A DNA stretch of 32,793 bases from a bacterium (GTDB taxonomy: Bacteria > BMS3Abin14). The position numbers and the translations under genes are program-made. Position 1 is the stretch's first letter. Every line of letters starts with the position of its first letter. The DNA lies in contig CP070698.1 in assembly GCA_020349685.1 (NCBI GenBank), positions 1,632,537 to 1,665,329 of the forward strand. The letters run 5' to 3'. This document shows, in pieces, positions 1 through 8,612 of the stretch. The notes beneath the pieces were generated by a model. It was not told the origin of the DNA and did not search any database. It was given only the letters and a program-made list of their open reading frames with translations.

Positions 1-68
1 AGGCGCATTGGTTACTGATCCGGGCGCCGTTTCCAGGCGCATTGGATACTGATCCGGGCGCCCATCCC
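1..68. repeat. Two tandem copies of a 34-nt unit (aggcgcattggWtactgatccgggcgcc plus 6-nt linker); may continue upstream of the window
   Basis: Units 1-34 and 35-68 align at 30/34 positions; the 28-nt cores differ at one base. Frames 1 and 2 have stops inside the repeat. Frame 3 stays open to TAA 90-92, so the tail of an upstream gene cannot be fully excluded. Confidence 0.8.
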
Positions 69-81
69 GGCTCGTGCGAGC

Positions 82-390
82 TTGACGGATAACAGGAAGG
101 TTCTGCCATTGGTCATCGGAGTTCTCCGCCTGACACTGTACATGTCCGAGAGCGGTTCCCTGAAGGGGAAGCGAAGGATCCTGCGGAGCATCAAGGATCG
201 CCTCCGCTCCCAGTTCAACGTTTCCGTGGCGGAGGTGGATCACCAGGATCTCTGGCAGAAGGCCGAGCTGGCCATCGCCCTGGCGGCGGCCGACAGGGAT
301 TACGCCGACAAGGTGATGCAGACGATCCTCGGCAAGGTCGAGTCCTGGCACCTGGCCGAGGTGATAGACGTTCAGATGGAGATAATATAG
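82..390 (+). CDS. DUF503 (YlxP-like) family protein
   Basis: 102-aa ORF with the VIGVLRL...SLKGKRR...VAEVDHQD...A pattern typical of DUF503, in its usual position just upstream of rbfA. TTG at 109 (preceded by AGGAAGG at 93-99) is a plausible alternative start. Confidence 0.8.
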   Translation: MTDNRKVLPLVIGVLRLTLYMSESGSLKGKRRILRSIKDRLRSQFNVSVAEVDHQDLWQKAELAIALAAADRDYADKVMQTILGKVESWHLAEVIDVQMEII

Positions 391-395
391 GAAAG

Positions 396-475
396 GACGC
401 AGCACGCAGCACCCAGAACGCAGTGGTAATTCAAATGAGTAGTTTAAACTGCGTCCTGTGTCCTGTGTTCTGCGT
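396..475. repeat. Inverted pair of 4x7-nt arrays (GACGCAG CACGCAG CACCCAG AACGCAG / ACTGCGT CCTGTGT CCTGTGT TCTGCGT) around a 24-nt AT-rich spacer
   Basis: Arms 396-423 and 448-475 are both 28 nt. Unit-by-unit pairing gives 6-7 bp helices (including one G.U and one mismatch) separated by single mismatches. Located between the DUF503 stop (388-390) and the rbfA ATG (485). Confidence 0.9.
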
Positions 476-484
476 ACTGCTTTT

Positions 485-847
485 ATGAGCCGCACCTTCA
501 GTTACAAAAGATCCGACAGGGTCAGTGAACTCCTCAAGCACGAGCGTTCGGATATCATCCGCAAGGAGGCCAAGGATCCGGCCATCGGCGAGATAACGAT
601 CACGCGGATCAAGTTAAGTGACGATCTGAGGTCCGCGACGGTCTATTTCGGTGTCCTGGACCGGACCACCGAGATCTTGCAGGCCGAGGAGGGGCTTGGG
701 AGGGCCAGCAGCTACATCCACCGTCTTCTCGGGAAGCGCCTGAGGCTCAAACACATTCCGAAGCTGACCTTTGCCTTCGATCGGAACCTCGATTACAGTT
801 TCCGGATTTCGAAACTCCTGAGCGAGATAGAAGAAGAAGGTGACTGA
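485..847 (+). CDS. rbfA: Ribosome-binding factor A
   Basis: Translation (SYKRSDRVSELLKHE...ITITRIKLSDDLRSATVYF...LRLKHIPKLTFAFD) is a clear RbfA. The ORF track opens at GTG 458, inside the repeat; ATG 485 gives the canonical N-terminus. Confidence 0.9.
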   Translation: MSRTFSYKRSDRVSELLKHERSDIIRKEAKDPAIGEITITRIKLSDDLRSATVYFGVLDRTTEILQAEEGLGRASSYIHRLLGKRLRLKHIPKLTFAFDRNLDYSFRISKLLSEIEEEGD

Positions 848-1796
848 TCTGGCCAGGATGAGAAAGAAAAGGGACGACCAGGGTTCCAATGTCCAGGGTG
901 TCCTGATCGTCGACAAACCGGAAGGCCTCACCTCCCATGATGTGGTTCAAAAGGTGAGGCGGGCTTTTTCCACACGGCAGGTAGGGCATGCCGGGACCCT
1001 GGATCCCATCGCTTCCGGCGTCCTGGTCCTCCTTGTCGGATCCGCCACCCGCATCGCCCAGTACCTGCAGGAGGACGACAAGGAATATCATCTGGTCATG
1101 AAACTGGGCATTGAAACCGACACGCAGGATATAACGGGCGAGATCCTTAAGCAGAAGGATCTCGCCGGCGTCACCGAGGAAAACCTGGTTTCGGCCATCA
1201 GCAGGTACAGGGGAACCTTCTCCCAGGTGCCGCCCTCCTTCTCGGCTGTCAAGAGGTCAGGAAAACCGCTTTACCGGCTCGCCCGGCAGGGTGTGCGGAT
1301 CCAGGCCGATCCGCGGGAGGTCACGGTGTACGATATCGAAGTGTCCAGGGTAGACCTGCCCCACGTCTGGATGAAGGTCGTCTGTTCCAAGGGCACCTAC
1401 ATGAGGACCCTTTGCCACGATATAGGCCGTGACCTTGGTGTGGGGGGGTGCATGGAGTCTCTGGTAAGGGCCAGGAGCGGGCGGTTTTCCATGGAGGATG
1501 CGGTTTCGCTTGATGATGTGACAAGGGACCCTGTGCCGGAAAAGTGGCTCAGGCAGGCGGCCGACGGACTGGGTTTTCCTGTTACGGAACCCGGTGACGA
1601 GGATCTCATGAGGCTCGTTTCGGGCACCCGCATTCGCTGCGACGACTGCAGGCGGGAAGGACTGGTCTCGGTAACGAGGAAAGGACGGCTCATCGCCCTG
1701 GCCCAGGCTATGAAGACGGAAGGAACGGTCATGCTCTCCCCGCGAAGGGTGCTTGAGCCTGATCTTAAAGAACTTTTCAAACAAATGGATAAATGA
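840..1796 (+). CDS. truB: tRNA pseudouridine(55) synthase TruB
   Basis: GVLIVDKPEGLTSHDVV...GHAGTLDPIASGVLVLLVG catalytic motif region. Overlaps the rbfA stop by 8 nt. ATG 858 is an alternative start. Confidence 0.95.
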   Translation: MTDLARMRKKRDDQGSNVQGVLIVDKPEGLTSHDVVQKVRRAFSTRQVGHAGTLDPIASGVLVLLVGSATRIAQYLQEDDKEYHLVMKLGIETDTQDITGEILKQKDLAGVTEENLVSAISRYRGTFSQVPPSFSAVKRSGKPLYRLARQGVRIQADPREVTVYDIEVSRVDLPHVWMKVVCSKGTYMRTLCHDIGRDLGVGGCMESLVRARSGRFSMEDAVSLDDVTRDPVPEKWLRQAADGLGFPVTEPGDEDLMRLVSGTRIRCDDCRREGLVSVTRKGRLIALAQAMKTEGTVMLSPRRVLEPDLKELFKQMDK

Positions 1797-1828
1797 TATA
1801 CATCTGATTTTCGGAAGGAGGAAACACT

Positions 1829-2098
1829 ATGCCGCTCAGCAGTGAATCGAAGCGGGAGATCATCGACGGAAACAGGCTCCACGAGAGCGATACGGGATCA
1901 TCCGAGGTCCAGATCGCCCTTTTATCCAAGCGAATTGACGAACTTACCGAGCACTTCAAGGTCCACAGCAAGGACCATCATTCCCGTGTCGGTCTATTAA
2001 AGCTCGTCGGCCGCAGGCGCCGTTTGCTCAACTATCTGAGAACGACGGATATCGAGAGATATCGATCTATCGTGAAGAAGTTGGGCCTCCGCAGATAG
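1829..2098 (+). CDS. rpsO: 30S ribosomal protein S15
   Basis: 89 aa, ...[53 protein letters not shown] upstream. Confidence 0.97.
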   Translation: MPLSSESKREIIDGNRLHESDTGSSEVQIALLSKRIDELTEHFKVHSKDHHSRVGLLKLVGRRRRLLNYLRTTDIERYRSIVKKLGLRR

Positions 2099-2132
2099 CC
2101 CCTCAATACCATTACATTCCAGGAGTTCCATA

Positions 2133-4247
2133 ATGAAGCAACAGGTACAGCTTGAGTGGGGCGGGAGGACCATTTCCCTAGAGACAGGTGCCGTGGCCAG
2201 ACAGGCCAACGGCGCTGTTTGGGCAAAATACGCCGACACGGTCGTTCTGGCCACAGCAGTCGCCATGCCTGAACCGAGGGAAGGCGTGGATTTTCTTCCC
2301 CTCACGGTCAACTATCAGGAGAAGACCTACGCCGCCGGCAAGATTCCCGGCGGTTTTTTTAAGAGAGAAGGCCGTCCTACCGAAAAGGACACGCTCACAA
2401 GCCGTCTCATCGACCGGTCCATCAGACCCCTGTTCCCCAAGGGTTTCAACCATGAGGTCCAGATCATCATCAATATCCTCTCGGTGGATCGCGAGAACGA
2501 CCCGGACATCCTGTCCCTGATCGCCTCCTCGGCGGCTCTCATCGTGTCGGACATCCCTTTCGACAGTTCAGTGGGAGCCGTGCGCGTGGGCTTTTCCGAG
2601 GGCGGTTTTCTGCTCAACCCCACCTTCGCCCAGCTCGAGAACAGCAAAATGGACCTCATCGTGGCAGGAACCAGCGAGGCGGTCATCATGGTGGAAGGTG
2701 AGGCCAGAGAGGCCTCCGAGGAGGAGATGCTTCAGGCCCTCGAGTTCGCCCACGGAGAGATCCGGAAGGTCATCGAGATCCAGCGGCAGCTGGCGTCTAT
2801 GGCCGGCAAGCAGAAATGGGATTTTCAGTCCCCTGCCGTGGACGAAGATCTCGAGAGGACCGTGGATCAGTTTTGCCGGGCAGAGATGGCCGAAGCTCTG
2901 AGGATCCCCGAAAAACAGGCCCGCAGGGATCGCCTTTCAGAGATCCGGGACCAGACTGTCTTTGAATACGGCCTCAGTGAAGACGGTGAATCCCTCGCGG
3001 GTCAGATCGACGACACCCTCAGGTCCATGGAAAAGGAGCTGATGCGGGCCATGATCCTGCAGGAGGAACACAGGATCGATGGCCGCAGGCCCGATGAGAT
3101 CCGGGACATCACCTGCGAGGTCGGCGTCCTCCCGAGAGCTCACGGCAGCGCCCTTTTCACCAGAGGGGAGACCCAGGCCCTCGTCGTTACCACCCTCGGC
3201 ACCAAGGACGATGAGCAGATCATCGACGCCCTGGAAAAGGACTACCGGCGAAAGTTCATGCTGCATTACAACTTCCCGCCCTTTTCCACCGGAGAGGCCA
3301 AATTCCTCCGGGGAGCGAGCAGGCGCGAGATCGGGCACGGCAACCTGGCCCAGAGGAGCCTCACATCCATCCTTCCCTCTAAAGAGGATTTTCCCTATAC
3401 CGTCAGGATCGTTTCAGAGGTCCTCGAGTCCAACGGTTCCTCCTCCATGGCCACTGTGTGCGGGGGAAGCCTCTCCCTCATGGACGCGGGCGTACCGGTC
3501 GCCAAGCCCGTGGCCGGTATCGCCATGGGGTTGATCTTTACACCCGAAAAATCGGTGGTCCTGTCCGATATCCTCGGGGCTGAGGATCACCTCGGTGACA
3601 TGGATTTCAAGGTCGCGGGCACCCGCGACGGTATCACCGCCTTCCAGATGGACCTGAAGATCGCCGGTGTGAGCCGGGAAGTCATGGCCCTGGCGCTCAA
3701 CCAGGCAAGGGACGGAAGGAACCACATCCTCGATGTCATGGACGCGACCCTCGGCCGCGCCCGTGATTCCATATCGCATTACGCCCCCCGCATCATCACC
3801 ATCCACGTTAAACCCGACAAGATAAGGGAGATCATCGGCCCCGGCGGCAAGGTGATCCGTTCCATTGTCGAGCAGACGGGTGTCAAGGTGGAGGTGGAAG
3901 ACGACGGTACCGTCCTCATTGCCTCCGCCGACGAGGCCGCCTCCCAAAGGGCTCTCGAAATGATACAGGCCATCGTTGAGGAGCCCGAGATCGGAAGGAT
4001 ATACAGGGGCACCGTGAAGAAGATCATGGATTTCGGAGCTTTCGTGGAGGTGGTCACCGGAACGGACGGCCTGGTCCACATCTCGCAGCTGGCCGATCAC
4101 CGTGTGGCCAAGGTCGAGGACGTGGTCAAGGAAGGGGATGTTGTAAACGTCAAGGTCCTGGATATCGACCGAGACGGCAAGATCCGCCTGAGTATCAAGG
4201 AGGCTGAAAAAGAACTGGGATCCGGCGGCCAATCGGACCCCAAATGA
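2133..4247 (+). CDS. pnp: Polyribonucleotide nucleotidyltransferase (PNPase)
   Basis: 704 aa with two RNase PH-like halves, KH (IGPGGKVIRSI) and S1 (GRIYRGTVKKIMDFGAFVE) domains. Canonical rpsO-pnp synteny. Confidence 0.98.
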   Translation: MKQQVQLEWGGRTISLETGAVARQANGAVWAKYADTVVLATAVAMPEPREGVDFLPLTVNYQEKTYAAGKIPGGFFKREGRPTEKDTLTSRLIDRSIRPLFPKGFNHEVQIIINILSVDRENDPDILSLIASSAALIVSDIPFDSSVGAVRVGFSEGGFLLNPTFAQLENSKMDLIVAGTSEAVIMVEGEAREASEEEMLQALEFAHGEIRKVIEIQRQLASMAGKQKWDFQSPAVDEDLERTVDQFCRAEMAEALRIPEKQARRDRLSEIRDQTVFEYGLSEDGESLAGQIDDTLRSMEKELMRAMILQEEHRIDGRRPDEIRDITCEVGVLPRAHGSALFTRGETQALVVTTLGTKDDEQIIDALEKDYRRKFMLHYNFPPFSTGEAKFLRGASRREIGHGNLAQRSLTSILPSKEDFPYTVRIVSEVLESNGSSSMATVCGGSLSLMDAGVPVAKPVAGIAMGLIFTPEKSVVLSDILGAEDHLGDMDFKVAGTRDGITAFQMDLKIAGVSREVMALALNQARDGRNHILDVMDATLGRARDSISHYAPRIITIHVKPDKIREIIGPGGKVIRSIVEQTGVKVEVEDDGTVLIASADEAASQRALEMIQAIVEEPEIGRIYRGTVKKIMDFGAFVEVVTGTDGLVHISQLADHRVAKVEDVVKEGDVVNVKVLDIDRDGKIRLSIKEAEKELGSGGQSDPK

Positions 4248-4262
4248 CCCTTATTCCGCCGG

Positions 4263-5534
4263 ATGACCGCTAGATCAGGAGCAGGCGTTGTCAAGGAGAT
4301 CCTCCCCAATGGGCTCAGGGTTATCATCGAGCCCCTTAGGGAGTTCTCCTCTGTCAGCATAGGGATCTGGGTCCTGGCCGGATCAAGGGACGAAGGGAAC
4401 AGCCAGTCCGGAATCAGTCACCTCATCGAACATCTCGCCTTTAAAGGAACTTCCCGCCGCACCGCCAGGGAGATCGCTCTGGAAATAGACTCCCTCGGAG
4501 GTTCGCTCAACGCCTTTACCAGCAAGGAGTTCACCTCCTTCTACGCCAGGGTCCTGGGGGAAAACCTTTCCCAGTCCATGGATGTCCTGGCTGACATCAC
4601 CTTGAATTCTGTCTTTGCCGTCGAGGAGCTTTCCAAGGAGAAGGATGTCATCCTCCAGGAGATCTCCATGGTGGAGGACACCCCTGACGATTTTATTCAC
4701 GATCTGCACTGCCAGGAGTTCTGGGCGGACCAGGGGCTGGGAAAACCGGTCCTCGGGACTCAGGACTCTCTCCTGGCCGTCCAGCGCGATCAAATTGTTG
4801 ATTTTCACGGCAACCGCTACCGAGCCGGCCAGATGATCATCACGGCTTCGGGCGCCCTGGAGTTGGACAGCTTCCTCAGGGAGGTGGAAGGGACCTTCGG
4901 CGGCCTTCAACGGGGTGAGGAGCCCGCTCCGAGAGCGCCTTCCCTGGCCACGCCCGGGATATGCGTAAGGACCCGGCCCGTGGAGCAGGTCCACTGCTGT
5001 GTGGGCTACGAGGGGCTGCCTGCCGATGACGACCGGCGCTATGCGATGTATCTCCTCAACACCATCCTCGGGGGCGGGATGAGTTCAAGGCTCTTCCAGA
5101 AGATAAGGGAAGAGTATGGTCTGGCATACTCCGTATACAGCTACCACTCCGCCTACCAGGACACCGGGATGCACACCGTGTACAGCGGGACCTCCGTGGA
5201 CGGTTTTCCAAAGAGCCTGGCGATCATTCGCGAGGAGACCCAAAGGCTTACTGAGGAGAAGGTGCCCGATATCGAAATGACAACGTGCAAGAGACAGCTC
5301 AAGGGGAACCTTCTCCTTGGGCTGGAGAGCACGAGCAACAGGATGAACCAGCTCGCCAGGAACGAGATATATTCGGGCCGCAACATTACCCCCGAGGAGA
5401 TCAGCGAGAGGATCGAAGCGGTGACGACCGATGATATACGTGACCTGGCCTCGGAGATTTTCCGGCACGTACCTCCTGCCATAACGGTGATAGGCCCTGT
5501 GAGCGAGGCCCAGGTCCATGAGATCGCGGGATAA
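4263..5534 (+). CDS. M16 (pitrilysin/insulinase) family zinc peptidase
   Basis: Inverted zinc motif [11 protein letters not shown] (HxxEH). 423 aa. Usual position downstream of pnp. Confidence 0.9.
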   Translation: MTARSGAGVVKEILPNGLRVIIEPLREFSSVSIGIWVLAGSRDEGNSQSGISHLIEHLAFKGTSRRTAREIALEIDSLGGSLNAFTSKEFTSFYARVLGENLSQSMDVLADITLNSVFAVEELSKEKDVILQEISMVEDTPDDFIHDLHCQEFWADQGLGKPVLGTQDSLLAVQRDQIVDFHGNRYRAGQMIITASGALELDSFLREVEGTFGGLQRGEEPAPRAPSLATPGICVRTRPVEQVHCCVGYEGLPADDDRRYAMYLLNTILGGGMSSRLFQKIREEYGLAYSVYSYHSAYQDTGMHTVYSGTSVDGFPKSLAIIREETQRLTEEKVPDIEMTTCKRQLKGNLLLGLESTSNRMNQLARNEIYSGRNITPEEISERIEAVTTDDIRDLASEIFRHVPPAITVIGPVSEAQVHEIAG

Positions 5535-5985
5535 TTCCCCAGCACCTGAGATCCTCATCACCCCCCTGCCCCACGCCGGGGACCTGGAGCTTCCCGCCTA
5601 TGCCACCGATCGTTCGGTGGGGATGGATCTTGCCGCTGCCATCGGGGGGGATCTCGTTATCGAACCCGGACACACAGCCCTCGTTCCCACAGGTTTTGCC
5701 ATCGCGATCCCGGAGGGGTACGAGGCACAGGTCCGCCCGAGAAGCGGTCTGGCCCTGGAAAACGGCATCACCATACCCAACTCTCCCGGTACCATCGATC
5801 CTGATTACAGGGGAGAGATAAAGGTCATTCTCCTGAACCTGGGACCCTCGGCTTTCCGGATAACCCGGGGTATGAGGATCGCGCAGATGGTCATCGCTCC
5901 CGCCGTTCAGGCCAGCCTGAAAGTCGTCGACGAGCTGCCGCCCACCGAAAGGGGTGAAGGCGGGTTCGGGCACAGCGGGAAATGA
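5518..5985 (+). CDS. dut: dUTP diphosphatase
   Basis: [28 protein letters not shown] and GFGHSG motifs of trimeric dUTPase. The ATG overlaps the peptidase gene end by 17 nt. Confidence 0.93.
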   Translation: MRSRDNSPAPEILITPLPHAGDLELPAYATDRSVGMDLAAAIGGDLVIEPGHTALVPTGFAIAIPEGYEAQVRPRSGLALENGITIPNSPGTIDPDYRGEIKVILLNLGPSAFRITRGMRIAQMVIAPAVQASLKVVDELPPTERGEGGFGHSGK

Positions 5986-5987
5986 AA

Positions 5988-6068
5988 TAGTGTCTGGTCT
6001 CTGGTTCTAGTGTCTGGTAACGGCTTTATGCCCGATGTTATTACTAGAACAAGAAACTAGAACTAGAC
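5988..6068. repeat. Inverted arrays of the GTCTGGT/CTAGT family (left 5988-6018, right 6043-6068)
   Basis: Left arm tagtGTCTGGT CTCTGGT TCTAGT GTCTGGT; right arm ACTAGAA CAAGAAA CTAGAA CTAGAC. Starts 3 nt after the dut stop. Confidence 0.85.
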
Positions 6069-6104
6069 GCTATTTTTCAACGCGGTTCTTTTTCGGAGCA
6101 TTTT

Positions 6105-6887
6105 TTGAAAAATCTTATCGGCGTCAGCGCCCTGGCAAGCGGAAGCAAGGGCAATTCCATCCTCATCGACGGGCCCGACGGGTCGCTGATCGTCGACGCG
6201 GGCCTCAGCGCCAGGGAGATCACCCGGCGTCTGGAAGTCATGGGGGCCCCTCTCGACAGATTGTCAGGGATCCTCGTGACCCATGACCACTCTGATCATC
6301 TGCGCGGGGTGCGGGTGTTGGCCAAGCGCCTGGGACTGACCGTTTACGGCACAGCGGATACCCTCAAGGCTGCGGGCCTCGATGGTGAAACCCCATTGGA
6401 AGTGGTCAGATCCGGTGTGGATTTCGAGGTGGCAGGTTTTACGGTCAGACCCTTTTCCCTGCCTCACGACGCTGAGGACCCTGTGGGCTACCTCCTGGCC
6501 ATGGGCACGGTTAAGATCGGTATCGCCACGGACCTGGGCTGCGCGACAGCCCTGGTCAGGAGGCGGCTGGCCGGCTGTGATATGCTGATCCTGGAATCCA
6601 ATTACGAGGAGAAGATGCTTCTTCAAGGACCTTACCCCTGGTTCCTGAAGCAGCGGATACAGGGCCGGATGGGGCACCTTTCCAACGAGGATTCTTCGCA
6701 GATCCTGGGCGAACTTCTCCACCCGGGCCTGCAAAGCGTGATCCTGGCCCATCTCAGCGAGGTCAACAACTGTCCCGGGGCCGCCCTTGAGAGGGCGGAG
6801 GGGGCCGTGGGAGGCCGGAACAACGGCGTGAGGATCACCGCCGCCTCTATGGCGGAGCCGACGGAGATGTTTTATATAGAAAAGTGA
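6105..6887 (+). CDS. MBL-fold metallo-hydrolase
   Basis: HxHxDH motif (THDHSDHLRG) plus downstream D/H ligand positions. TTG start per ORF track. Confidence 0.85.
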   Translation: MKNLIGVSALASGSKGNSILIDGPDGSLIVDAGLSAREITRRLEVMGAPLDRLSGILVTHDHSDHLRGVRVLAKRLGLTVYGTADTLKAAGLDGETPLEVVRSGVDFEVAGFTVRPFSLPHDAEDPVGYLLAMGTVKIGIATDLGCATALVRRRLAGCDMLILESNYEEKMLLQGPYPWFLKQRIQGRMGHLSNEDSSQILGELLHPGLQSVILAHLSEVNNCPGAALERAEGAVGGRNNGVRITAASMAEPTEMFYIEK

Positions 6888-7085
6888 TTGGTAATTAGTG
6901 ATTAGTGATTGGGTAAAAATATATTCAAGTTCTATTGTATAGTGAATTATTGATCACAAGTCACTGATCACCAATCGCTGTTGAGAATTGACTGGGTATA
7001 GGTATTAATTGATCGGAATAAATAACAGCGGGTTCTTGAATATTAGCGACTAACCAATCTCCAGTCACTAATCACAAATCACTGG
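6884..7085. repeat. Three-arm heptamer repeat region (GTGATTR family)
   Basis: Arm 1, 6884-6911: GTGATTG GTAATTA GTGATTA GTGATTG (contains the MBL stop TGA 6885-6887). Reverse-complement-type arms at 6949-6976 (TTGATCA CAAGTCA CTGATCA CCAATC) and 7051-7085 (..CACTAAT CACAAAT CACTGG). The last arm ends 20 nt before the purB ATG. Confidence 0.9.
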
Positions 7086-7105
7086 TTTTAAACAAGGAGC
7101 ACCCC

Positions 7106-8410
7106 ATGATCCCTCGCTACACCCGACCAGAGATGGCCGCCATCTGGGAACCGGAGAACAGGTTCCGCATCTGGCTCAAGGTGGAGATCGCGGCCTGCGA
7201 AGCCTGGAACAGGCTGGGCCGTATCCCTGACGAGGCCCTGGAAGTGATCAGGGAGCGGGCGGATTTTGACATCGACCGCATCGATGAGATCGAAGAGGAG
7301 GTCAAGCACGACGTTATCGCCTTCCTGACCTCCGTTGCCGAGAAGGTTGGTCCGGAATCGAGATTCATCCACATCGGGATGACCAGCTCCGACGTCCTGG
7401 ACACATCCTTCGGGGTGCAGCTGGTCCAGGCAGGGGAACTGATCATTAAAGGCCTGGAAAAGGCCAGGATCGCGGTCCGTTCCAAGGGGCTCGAGCACCG
7501 GGATACGGTGATGATGGGCCGCTCCCACGGGATGCACGCCGAGCCCACGACTTTCGGGCTCAAGATGGCTATCTGGTACGAGGAGCTGGGACGGGCCCTT
7601 GACCGGATGCGGCAGGCCGTGGAAGCGGTGGCTGTAGGCAAGATCTCCGGGGCCGTGGGGACCTACTCCAACATCCCGCCCGAATTAGAGGCGCACGTCT
7701 GCAAGAGCCTCGGTCTTGTTCCGGCCAAGGCAGCGACCCAGATCCTCCAGCGGGACCGGCACGCGCAATACATGACGGCACTGGCCCTGACGGCTTCCAG
7801 CATCGAGAAGTTTGCCGTCGAGATCCGCCATCTCATGAGGACGGAGGTCCGAGAGGTCCAGGAGGCCTTTACAAAGGGGCAGAAGGGTTCTTCGGCCATG
7901 CCCCACAAGAAGAACCCCATCCTTTCGGAGAATCTCACGGGTCTTGCCAGGCTCATCCGGGGATACTGTCTCTCGGCCATGGAAAACATCCCCCTCTGGC
8001 ATGAGCGGGACATCAGCCACTCCTCGGTCGAACGGGTCATTTTCCCTGACGCCACCATCGTGATGGATTTCATGCTCCACCGTTTCACCTCGCTGGTGGA
8101 GGGGCTTGTGGTGGATGCCAGGATGATGCGGCGCAACATGGAGCTTTCCGGAGGAACGACCTTTTCACAGACCCTCCTCCTGGCTCTGGTGGACAAGGGG
8201 ATAACGCGCGAGGAGGCTTACGCCATCGTTCAGCGCAATGCCCACCAGGCGCTGGATTCCGGACGCCCCTTCTCTGATCTTGTCAGGGAGGATCCCGCGG
8301 TAGCCAAGGCCCTTGATCCCGCGGCCCTCGACTCGGTCTTCGATCCCGCCGCCATGCTCAAACGAACGGAGATAATCTTCGAAAGGGTGTTCGGGGAATA
8401 CAGTGACTAG
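7106..8410 (+). CDS. purB: Adenylosuccinate lyase
   Basis: 434 aa, MIPRYTRPEM..IW; fumarate-lyase signature region GSSAMPHKKNP. AAGGAG RBS. Confidence 0.97.
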   Translation: MIPRYTRPEMAAIWEPENRFRIWLKVEIAACEAWNRLGRIPDEALEVIRERADFDIDRIDEIEEEVKHDVIAFLTSVAEKVGPESRFIHIGMTSSDVLDTSFGVQLVQAGELIIKGLEKARIAVRSKGLEHRDTVMMGRSHGMHAEPTTFGLKMAIWYEELGRALDRMRQAVEAVAVGKISGAVGTYSNIPPELEAHVCKSLGLVPAKAATQILQRDRHAQYMTALALTASSIEKFAVEIRHLMRTEVREVQEAFTKGQKGSSAMPHKKNPILSENLTGLARLIRGYCLSAMENIPLWHERDISHSSVERVIFPDATIVMDFMLHRFTSLVEGLVVDARMMRRNMELSGGTTFSQTLLLALVDKGITREEAYAIVQRNAHQALDSGRPFSDLVREDPAVAKALDPAALDSVFDPAAMLKRTEIIFERVFGEYSD

Positions 8411-8590
8411 GTGAAGAAAAGCGGTGACTAGGTAACTATGTGACTAGGTACCTAGGTATCCAGGTACCCGGGTACCTGGATCTGTAAATGTCTCAATACA
8501 TGAGCACCTAGATACATAGACACTTAAATACTTAGAAACATAGACACTTAGATACATAGATACGTAGATACGTAGATACATGGACACTCA
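8403..8590. repeat. Repeat region: 3x GTGACTAGGT, 4x 8-mers (ACCTAGGT ATCCAGGT ACCCGGGT ACCTGGAT), then 11x 8-mers of the GAYACNTA family (8503-8590)
   Basis: Contiguous 8-nt units read directly: AGCACCTA GATACATA GACACTTA AATACTTA GAAACATA GACACTTA GATACATA GATACGTA GATACGTA GATACATG GACACTCA. The first GTGACTAG contains the purB stop. The array ends 22 nt before the purL GTG. Confidence 0.92.
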
Positions 8591-8612
8591 ATTAACAGCG
8601 GGAGTATAGCGA

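Noticed and set aside
8503-8590. CRISPR array as an explanation for the repeat arrays (also 31367-31501 and others)
   Set aside because: The units are 7-8 nt and directly contiguous with no unique spacers. They are far below CRISPR repeat length, and no cas genes are present.
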